The translations under genes and the position numbers were made by a program. Source: the human T2T-CHM13v2.0 reference genome, Homo sapiens. From it: a stretch of 64,000 nucleotides of DNA. This document shows positions 53,536-64,000 of the stretch, piece after piece. Under the pieces are notes generated by a model that saw nothing but the letters and a program-made list of their open reading frames with translations, ran no database searches and had not been told where the DNA came from. Within the stretch, counting starts at the first letter, position 1. Every line of letters begins with the position of its first letter. The DNA is taken from assembly GCF_009914755.1 (NCBI RefSeq), contig NC_060933.1, one strand, 5' to 3'.

Positions 53536-56500
53536 CCACTCCATTCCGTTCCATTCCATTCCATTCCATTGTATGCGGGTTAATTCCATTCCATTCCATT
53601 CCATTCCATTCCATTCCATTCCATTCCATTCCATTACAATCGAGTTGATTCCATTCCATTCCATTCCATTCCATTCCATTCCATTCCAGTCCTTTCCATT
53701 CCATTCCACTCGGGTTGATTCCATTCTATTAGTTTCCATTCCATTCCATTCCCTTCCATTCCACTCTGGTTGATTCCATTCCTTTCCATTCCACTCGAAT
53801 ACATTCCCTCCTATTCCACTCGGAACGATTCCATTTCATTCCATTCCATTCCATTCCATTCCATTCCAGTTCGTTCCATTCCATTCTATTCCGTACCATT
53901 CCATTCCATTCCTTTCCTTTCCATTCCATTCTTTTCCACTCGTGTTAATTCCATTCCTTTCCATTCCATTCGGTTTGAAGGCATTCCATTCCATTCAATT
54001 CCATTCCATTCCATTCTATTCAATTCCATTCTATTCCATTCCATTGCAATCGAGTTGAATCCATTGCCTTTCATTCCATTCCATTCCATTCCATTCCATT
54101 CCGGAAGATTCCATTCCAATCCATTCCATTCCATTCCATTCCCCTGCACTCGCGTTGATTCCATTCCATTCCATTCCATTCCATTCCGTTCCGTTCCATT
54201 CCATTCCATTCCATTCCATTCCATTCCGTTCCGTTCCATTCCATTCCATTCTATTCGGGTTAATTCCATTCCATTCCATTCGATTGCCATCGAGTTGATT
54301 CCATTCCATTCCATTCCATTCCATTCCATTCCATTCCATTCCATTCCTTTCCATTCCTTTCCATTCCATTACGGATGACTCCATTCCATTGCATTCCATT
54401 CCATTCCATTCCCCTGCACTCGTGTTGATTCCATTCCATTCCATTCCATTCCATTCCATTCCATTCCGTTCCATTCCATTCCATTCCATTCTATTCCGGT
54501 TAATTCCATTCCATTCCATTCCATTCCATTCCATTCCATTGCAATCGAGTTGTTTCCATTCCATTCCTTTCCATTCCATTCCATTGCCTTGCATTCCACT
54601 CGGGTTGATTCCATTCCCTTCTTTCCACTCCATTACATTCCCTTCCATTCCACTCGGAATGATTGATTCCATTGCATTCCATTCCATTACATTCCATTGC
54701 AATCCATTCCAATCCATTCCATTCCATTCCATTCCACTCGAGTTGACTTCATTCCATTCCTTTCCATTCCATTCCATTCCTTTCCACTCGAGTTGATTCC
54801 ATTCCATTCCAATCCATTGCATTCCATTCCATGCCATTCCACTCGGGTTGATTCCTTTCCTTTGCATTCCATTCCATTCCATTCCATTGCATTCCATTCC
54901 ATTCCATTCCGTTGCATTCCATTCCATTACATTCGGATTGATTCTATTCAACTCCCTTACTCTCCATTACATTCTATTCCATTCGGGTTGTTCCATTCCA
55001 TTCCATTCCATTCCATTCCATTCAATTCCATTCCATTACAATTCGTTCCATTCCATTCTATTCCGTACCATTCCATTCCATTCCATACCATTCCATTCCA
55101 TTCCATTCCGTTCCATTCCGTTCCATTCCATTCCATTCCATTCTATTCGGTTTAATTCCGTTCCATTCCATTCCATCCCATTCTATTACATTCCATTGCA
55201 ATCGAGTTGAATCCATTGCATTTCATTCCATTCCATTCCATTCCATTCCATTCCGGAAGATTCTATTCCATTGCATTCCATTCCATTCCATTCCCCTGCA
55301 CTCGCGTTGATTCCATTCCATTCCATTCCATTCCATTCCATTCCATTCCATTCCATTCCGTTCCGTTCCATTCCATTCCATTCCATTCCATTCCGTTCCG
55401 TTCCGTTCCATTCCATTCTATTCCATTCTATTCGGGTTAATTCCATTCCATTCCATTCGATTGCAATCGTGTTGATTCCATTCCATTCCATTCCATTCCA
55501 TTCCATTCCATTCCATTCCATTCGATTCCTTTCCATTCCATTACGGATGATTCCATTCCATTGCATTCCATTCCATTCCATTCCCCTGTACTCGGGTTGA
55601 TTCCATTCCATTGCATTCCAATCCATGCCCTTCCACTCGTGTTGATTCCATTCTTTCCATTCCATTCAAGTTGAATCCATTCCATTGCATTCCATTCCAT
55701 TCGATTCCATTCGATTGCACTCGGGTTGATTCCATTCCATTGCATTGCATTCCATTCCATTCCGTTCCGTTCCATTCCATTCCATTACATTCGGATAGAT
55801 TCTATTCAATTCCCTTACACTCCATTACATTCCATTCCATTCGGGTAGTTTCCATTCCATTCCATTCCATTCCTCTCCATTCCATTGCAATCGGGTTGAT
55901 TCCATTCCATTGCATTCCATTCCATTCCATTCAATTCCAGTCCGTTCCATTCCATTCCATTACATTCGGATTGATTCTATTCAACTCCCTTACTCTCCAT
56001 TACATTCTATTCCATTCGGGTTGTTCCATTCCATTCCATTCCGTTCCACTCCATTCCATTGCACTCGGGTTTATTCCATTCCATTCCATTCCATTCCATT
56101 CCATTCCATTCCATTCCGGACGATTCCATTCCATTGCATTCCATTCCATTCCATTCCAATCGAGTTGATTCCATTCCATTCCATTCCATTCCATTCCACT
56201 CCATTCCAGTCCTTTCCATTCCATTCCACTCGGGTTGATTCGAATGTATTCCTTTCCATTCCATTCCATTCCATTGCAATCGAGTTGATTCCATTGCTTA
56301 GCATTCCATTCCATTCCATTCCATTCCGGATGATTCCATTCCATTGCATTCCATTCCATTCCATTCCCCTGCACTCGGGTTGATTCCATTCCATTCCACT
56401 GCATTCCGTTACATTCCATTCCATTCCATTGTATTCGGGTTAATTCCATTCCATTCCATTCAATTATATTCCGTTCCATTCCATTCCATTCCATTCCATT

Positions 56501-59500
56501 ACAAACGAGTTGATTCCATTCCATTGCATTCCATTCCATTCCATTCCATTCCATTCCAGTCCTTTCCATTCCATTCCACTCGGGTTGATTCCATTCCATT
56601 AGTTTCCATTCCATTCCATTCCCTTCCATTCCACTCTGGTTGATTCCATTCCTTTCCATTCCACTCGTATACATTCCCTCCTATTCCACTCGGAACGATT
56701 CCATTCCATTCCATTCCATTCCATTCCATTCCGTTCCATTCCATTCCATTCCAGTTCATTCCATTCCGTTCTATTCCGTACCATTCCATTCCATTCCATT
56801 CCTTTCCATTCCATTCCTTTCCACTCGTGTTGATTCCATTCCTTTCCATTCCATTCGGTTTGAAGGCATTCCATTCCATTCAATTCCATTCCATTCCATT
56901 CCATTCCATTCCATTCTATTCCATTCCATTGCAATCGAGTTGAATCCATTGCCTTTCATTCCATTCCATTCCATTCCATTCCGGAATATTCCATTCCATT
57001 CCATTCCATTCCTTTCCATTCCATTCCGTTCCGTTCCATTCCATTCCATTCCATTCCATTCGGGTTAATTCCATTCCATTCCATTCCATTGCCATCGAGT
57101 TGATTCCATTCCATTCCATTCCATTCCATTCCATTCCATTCCATTCCTTTCCATTCCATTACGGATGACTCCATTCCATTGCATTCCATTCCATTCCATT
57201 CCCCTGTACTCGGGTTGATTCCATTCCTTTCCATTCTACTCCATTCGGTTCTGTTGCATTCCATTCTATTGCATTCCATCCATTCGGGTTAATTCCATTC
57301 CATTCTATTCCATTCCATTCCATTCCATTCCATTGCAATGGAGTTGATTCCATTCCATTCCATTCCATTCCGGATGATTCCATTCCATTGCATTCCATTC
57401 CATTCCATTCCCCTGCACTCGTGTTGATTCCATTCCCTTCCATTCCATTCCATTGCGTTCCATTCCATTCCATTCCATTCTATTCCGGTTAATTCCATTC
57501 CATTCTATTCCATTCCATTCCATTCCGTTGCAATCGAGTTGATTCCATTCCATTCCTTTCCATTCCATTCCATTGCCTTGCATTCCACTCGGGTTGATTC
57601 CATTGCCTTCTTTCCACTCCATTTCATTCCCTTCCATGATTGATTCCATTCCATTCCATTCCATTTCATTCCATTGCAATCCATTCCAATCCATTCCATT
57701 CCATTCCATTCCACTCGAGTTGACTTCATTCCATTCCTTTCCATTCCATTCCATTCTTTTCCACTCGAGTTGATTCCATTCCTTTCCAATCCATTGCATT
57801 CCATTCCATGCCATTCCACTCGGGTTGATTCCATTCCTTTGCATTCCATTCCATTCCATTCCATTCCATTCCGTTGCATTCCATTCCATTACATTCGGAT
57901 TGATTCTATTCAACTCCCTTACTCTCCATTACATTCCATTCCATTCGGGTTTTTCCATTCCATTCCATTCCATTCCACTCCATTCAATTGCACTCGGGTT
58001 GATTCCATTCCATTCCACTCCATTCCGTTCCATTCCATTCCATTCCATTGTATGCGGGTTAATTCCATTCCATTCCATTCCATTCCATTCCATTCCATTC
58101 CATTCCATTCCATTACAATCGAGTTGATTCCATTCCATTCCATTCCATTCCATTCCATTCCATTCCAGTCCTTTCCATTCCATTCCACTCGGGTTGATTC
58201 CATTCTATTAGTTTCCATTCCATTCCATTCCCTTCCATTCCACTCTGGTTGATTCCATTCCTTTCCATTCCACTCGAATACATTCCCTCCTATTCCACTC
58301 GGAACGATTCCATTTCATTCCATTCCATTCCATTCCATTCCAGTTCGTTCCATTCCATTCTATTCCGTACCATTCCATTCCATTCCTTTCCTTTCCATTC
58401 CATTCTTTTCCACTCGTGTTGATTCCATTGCTTTCCATTCCATTCGGTTTGAAGGCATTCCATTCCATTCAATTCCATTCCATTCCATTCTATTCAATTC
58501 CATTCTATTCCATTCCATTGCAATCGAGTTGAATCCATTGCCTTTCATTCCATTCCATTCCATTCCATTCCATTCCGGAAGATTCCATTCCAAACCATTC
58601 CATTCCATTCCATTCCCCTGCACTCGCGTTGATTCCATTCCATTCCATTCCATTCCATTCCGTTCCGTTCCATTCCATTCCATTCCATTCCATTCCATTC
58701 CGTTCCGTTCCATTCCATTCCATTCTATTCGGGTTAATTCCATTCCATTCCATTCGATTGTCATCGAGTTGATTCCATTCCATTCCATTCCATTCCATTC
58801 CATTCCATTCCATTCCTTTCCATTCCTTTCCATTCCATTACGGATGACTCCATTCCATTGCATTCCATTCCATTCCATTCCCCTGTACTCGGGTTGATTC
58901 CATTCCATTCCATTCCACTCCATTCGGTTCCGTTGCATTCCATTCTATTGCATTCCATTCTATTCGGGTTAATTCCATTCCATTCTATGCCATTCCATTC
59001 CATTCCATTCCATTGCAATGGAGTTGATTCCATTCCATTCCATTCCATTCCGGATGATTCCATTCCATTGCATTCCATTCCATTCCATTCCCCTGCACTC
59101 GTGTTGATTCCATTCCATTCCATTCCATTCCATTCCATTCCATTCCGTTCCATTCCATTCCATTCCGTTCTATTCCGGTTAATTCCATTCCATTCCATTC
59201 CATTCCATTCCATTCCATTGCAATCGAGTTGTTTCCATTCCATTCCTTTCCATTCCATTCCATTGCCTTGCATTCCACTCGGGTTGATTCCATTCCCTTC
59301 TTTCCACTCCATTACATTCCCTTCCATTCCACTCGGAATGATTGATTCCATTGCATTCCATTCCATTACATTCCATTGCAATCCATTCCAATCCATTCCA
59401 TTCCATTCCATTCCACTCGAGTTGACTTCATTCCATTCCTTTCCATTCCATTCCATTCCTTTCCACTCGAGTTGATTCCATTCCATTCCAATCCATTGCA

Positions 59501-60680
59501 TTCCATTCCATGCCATTCCACTCGGGTTGATTCCATTCCTTTGCATTCCATTCCATTCCATTCCATTGCATTCCATTCCATTCCATTCCGTTGCATTCCA
59601 TTCCATTACATTCGGATTGATTCTATTCAACTCCCTTACTCTCCATTACTTTCCATTCCATTCGGGTTGTTCCATTCCATTCCATTCCATTCCATTCCAT
59701 TCCATTGCACTCGGGTTGATTCCATTCCATTCCATTCCATTCCATTCCATTCCGGATGATTGCATTCCATTGCATTCCGTTCCATTACATTCCCCTGCAC
59801 TCGCGTTGATTCCATTCCATTCCATTCCATTCCATTCAATTCCATTCCATTACAATTCGTTCCATTCCATTCTATTCCGTACCATTCCATTCCATACCAT
59901 TCCATTCCATTCCATTCCGTTCCATTCCGTTCCATTCCATTCCATTCCATTCTATTCGGTTTAATTCCGTTCCATTCCATTCCATCCCATTCTATTACAT
60001 TCCATTGCAATCGAGTTGAATCCATTGCATTTCATTCCATTCCATTCCATTCCATTCCATTCCGGAAGATTCCATTGCATTGCATTCCATTCCATTCCAT
60101 TCCCCTGCACTCGCGTTGATTCCATTCCATTCCATTCCATTCCATTCCATTCCATTCCATTCCGTTCCGTTCCGTTCCGTTCCATTCCATTCCATTCCAT
60201 TCCATTCCGTTCCGTTCCGTTCCATTCCATTCTATTCCATTCTATTCGGGTTAATTCCATTCCATTCCATTCGATTGCAATCGTGTTGATTCCATTCCAT
60301 TCCATTCCATTCCATTCCACTCCATTCCAGTCCTTTCCATTCCATTCCACTCGGGTTGATTCCAATGTATTCCTTTCCATTCCATTCCATTCCATTGCAA
60401 TCGAGTTGATTCCATTGCTTAGCATTCCATTCCATTCCATTCCATTCCGGATGATTCCATTCCATTGCATTTCATTCCTTTCCATTCCGGATGATTCCAT
60501 TCCATTGCATTCCATTCCATTCCATTCCCCTGCACTCGGGTTGATTCCATTCCATTCCACTGCATTCCGTTACATTCCATTCCATTCCATTGTATTCGGG
60601 TTAATTCCATTCCATTCCATTCAATTATATTCCGTTCCATTCCATTCCATTCCATTCCATTACAAACGAGTTGATTCCAT
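53380..60680 (-). repeat. Direct duplication of ~3 kb with internal indels (~53380-56520 and ~57860-60680)
   Basis: gtatgcgggt 53571/58050 (offset 4479); gcaatcgagttgtttcc 54541/59220 (offset 4679); ccattgcttagcatt, caattatatt and acaaacgagt at ~56290-56510 and ~60410-60670. Ends approximate. Confidence 0.75.
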
Positions 60681-62170
60681 TCCATTCCATTCCATTCCAT
60701 TCCATTCCATTCCATTCCATTCCATTGTACTCGGGTTGATTCCATTCCATTGCATTCCATTCCATTCCATTCCATTCCATTCCATTCCATTCCATTCCAT
60801 TCCGGATGATTCCATTCCATTGCATTCCGTTCCATTACGTTCCCCTGCACTCGGGTTGATTCCATTCCACTCCTTTCCATTCCATTCAATTCCATTCCAT
60901 TACAATTCGTTCCATTCCATTCTATTCCGTACCATTACATTGCATTCCATACCATTCCATTCCATTCCCTTCCATTCCATTCCATTCCGTTCCATTCCAT
61001 TCCATTCCATTCCATTCCATTCCATTCCATTCTATTCGGATTAATTCCATTCCATTCCATTCCATTCCATTCTATTCCATTCCATTGCAATCGAGTTGAA
61101 TCCATTGCATTTCATTCCATTCCATTCCATTCCGGAAGATTCCATTCCATTGCATTCCATTCCATTCCATTCCCCTGCACTCGCGTTGATTCCATTCCAT
61201 TCCATTCCATTCCATTCCGTTCCATTCCGTTCCATTCCATTCCATTCCATTCCATTCCGTTCCGTTCCATTCCATTCCATTCCATTCCATTCTATTCGGG
61301 TTAATTCCATTCCATTCCATTCGATTGCAATCGAGTTGATTCCATTCCATTCCATTCCATTCCATTCCATTCCATTCCATTCCATTCCATTCCTTTCCAT
61401 TCCATTACGGATGATTCCATTCCATTGCATTCCATTCCATTCCATTCCCCTGTACTCGGGTTGATTCCATTCCATTGCATTCCAATCCATGCCCTTCCAC
61501 TCGTGTTGATTCCATTCTTTCCATTCCATTCAAGTTGAATCCATTCCATTGCATTCCATTCCATTGGATTCCATTCGATTGCACTCGGGTTGATTCCATT
61601 CCATTGCATTCCATTGCATTCCATTCCATTCCATTCCATTCCATTCCGTTCCTTTCCATTCCATTACATTCGTATTGATTCTATTCAATTCCCTTACACT
61701 CCATTCCATTCCATTCCATTCGGGTAGTTTCCATTCCATTCCATTCCATTCCTCTCCATTCCATTGCACTCGGGTTGATTCCAATCAATTGCATTCCATT
61801 CCATTCCATTCCATTCCATTCCTTTCCATTCCATTACGGATGATTCCATTCCATTGCATTCCATTCCATTCCATTCCCCTGTACTCGTGTTGATTCCATT
61901 CCATTCCATTCCAATCCATGCCATTCCACTCATGTTGATTCCATTCTTTCCATTCCATTCAAGTTGAATCCATTCCATTGCATTCCATTCCTTTCGATTC
62001 CATTCTATTGCACTCGGGTTGATTCAATTCCATTGCATTCCATTCCATTCCATTCCATTCCATTCCATTCCATTCCGTTCCGTTCCATTCCATTCCATTC
62101 CATTCTATTCGGGTTAATTCCATTCCATTCCATTCCATTCCATTCCAATCGAGTTGATTCCATTCCATTC

Positions 62171-62750
62171 CATTCCATTCCATTCCACTCCATTCCAGTC
62201 CTTTCCATTCCATTCCACTCGGGTTGATTCCAATGCATTCCTTTCCATTCCATTCCATTACATTGCAATCGAGTTGATTCCATTGCTTTGCATTCCATTC
62301 CATTCCATTCCATTCCGGATGATTCCATTCCATTGCATTCCATTCCATTCCATTCCATTCCATTCCATTCCGTTCCATTCCATTCCATTACATTCGGATT
62401 GATACTATTCAATTCCCTTACACTCCATTACATTCCATTCCATTCGGGTAGTTTCCATTACATTCCATTCCATTCCACTCCATTCCAGTCCTTTCCATTC
62501 CATTCCACTCGGGTTGATTCCAATGCATTCCTTTCCATTCCATTCCATTACATTGCAATCGAGTTGATTCCATTGCTTTGCATTCCATTCCATTTCATTC
62601 CATTCCGGATGATTCCATTCCATTGCATTCCATTCCATTCCATTCCATTCCATTCCATTCCGTTCCATTCCATTCCATTACATTCGGATTGATACTATTC
62701 AATTCCCTTACACTCCATTACATTCCATTCCATTCGGGTAGTTTCCATTC
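62171..62750 (-). repeat. 290-bp tandem duplication
   Basis: ccaatgcattcctttcc 62230/62520 and gatactattc 62401/62691; constant 290-bp offset. Confidence 0.88.
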
Positions 62751-64000
62751 CATTCCATTCCATTCCTCTCCATTCCATTGCACTCGGGTTGATTCCATTC
62801 CATTGCATTCCATTCCATTCCATTCAATTCCATTCCGTTCCATTCCATTGCATTACATTTGGATTGATTCTATTCAACTCCCTTACTCTCCATTACATTC
62901 CATTCCATTCGGGTTGTTCCATTCCATTCAATTCCATTCCACTCCATTCCATTGCACTCGGGTTTATTCCATTCCATTCCATTCCATTCCATTACATTCC
63001 GGAAGATTCCATTCCATTGCATTCCATTCCATTCCATTCCCCTGCACTCGCGTTGATTCCATTCCATTCCATTCCATTCCATTCCTTTCCGTTCCATTCC
63101 ATTCCATTCCATTCCATTCCAATCCATTCCATTCCGTTCCGTTCCGTTCCATTCCATTCCATTCCATTCTATTCGGGTTAATTCCATTCCATTCCATTCG
63201 ATTGCAATCGAGTTGATTCCATTCCATTCTATTCCATTCCATTCCATTCCATTCCATTCCATTCCTTTCCATTCCAATCCATTACGGATGTTTCCATTCC
63301 ATTGCATTCCATTCAATTCCATTCCCCTGTACTCGGGTTGATTCCATTGCATTCCATTCCAATCCATGCCATTCCACTCGTGTTGATTCCATTCTTTCCA
63401 TTCCATTCAAGTTGAATCCATTCCATTGCATTCCATTCCATTCCATTCCCCTGCAGTCGGGATGATTCCATTCCATTCCATTCCATTCCATTCCATTCCA
63501 TTCCATTCCGTTCCATTCCATTCCATTCCATTCCATTCTATTCGGGTTAATTCCATTCCATTCCATTCCATTCCATTCCAATCGAGTTGATTCCATTCCA
63601 TTCCATTCCATTCCATTCCACTCCATTCCAGTCCTTTCCCTTCCATTCCACTCGGGTTGATTCCAATGTATTCCTTTCCATTCCATTCCATTCCATTGCA
63701 ATCGAGTTGATTCCATTGCTTTGCATTCCATTCCATTCCATTCCATTCCGGATGATTCCATTCCATTGCATTCCATTCCATTCCATTCCCCTGCACTCGG
63801 GTTGATTCCATTCCATTCCACTCCATTCCGTTCCATTCCATTCCATTCCATTGTATTCGGGTTAATTCCATTCCATTCCATTCCATTCCATTCCATTCCA
63901 TTCCATTCCATTACAATCGAGTTGATTCCATTCCATTCCATTCCATTCCAGTCCTTTCCATTCAATTCCACTCGGGTTGATTCCATTCTATTAGTTTCCA

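Larger units (their letters stand above)
32715..64000 (-). repeat. Satellite III (HSat3) array in inverted orientation, (ATTCC)n on + strand
   Basis: Seen: continuous ATTCC pentamers with ACTCGGGTTG decamers; the same landmark modules as the left arm, reverse-complemented. Confidence 0.96.

Noticed and set aside
69-63986. Hundreds of ORFs encoding MEWNG or IPFHS repeats (up to 431 aa)
   Set aside because: (GGAAT)n has no stop codon in any of six frames and an ATG in every unit. The ORFs overlap in all frames and show no domain or gene structure.
1-64000. CRISPR-like repeat/spacer reading of landmarks and pentamer runs
   Set aside because: The intervening sequence is repeated rather than unique, spacing is irregular, and there are no cas genes or leader.
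1-64000. Giant perfect palindrome, fold-back or hairpin read artefact centred on 32713
   Set aside because: Exact symmetry ends after 12 bp, and the landmark order on the two sides is not mirrored.
1-64000. HSat2, or a regular-period HSat3 such as DYZ1 (~3.6 kb) or a 1.8-kb unit
   Set aside because: The HSat2 pattern is not dominant and no constant period is visible; offsets range from 70 bp to ~4.8 kb.

Overview
The whole 64 kb window is primate (most likely human) Satellite III (HSat3): a (GGAAT)n pentamer matrix punctuated by the diagnostic CAACCCGAGT/ACTCGGGTTG decamer and its variants. I can support no protein-coding gene, RNA gene, transposon or CRISPR array. All ORFs in the track (MEWNG.../IPFHS...) are by-products of a pentamer with no stop codon in any frame. 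The dominant structure is one strand switch at about 32,710-32,714: (GGAAT)n on + to the left, (ATTCC)n on + to the right. The junction has 5-bp microhomology inside a 12-bp-arm hairpin, a 30-bp duplicate of nearby sequence on its right, and a 100-bp deletion plus clustered substitutions on its left, as expected for a template-switch inversion. The arms are not mirror images but share patchy inverted homology. The array has no single fixed higher-order repeat; it is a mosaic of recurrent landmark modules with nested recent duplications (70 bp to ~4.5 kb). Two internal patterns stand out: a variant (GGAATCTTCCGGAAT) that forms a perfect canonical heat-shock element at 35 or more sites, and a pair of sister islands spaced exactly 175 bp apart in ten copies. 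All counts and alignments were made by eye. I found no evidence of a novel gene-encoded system.
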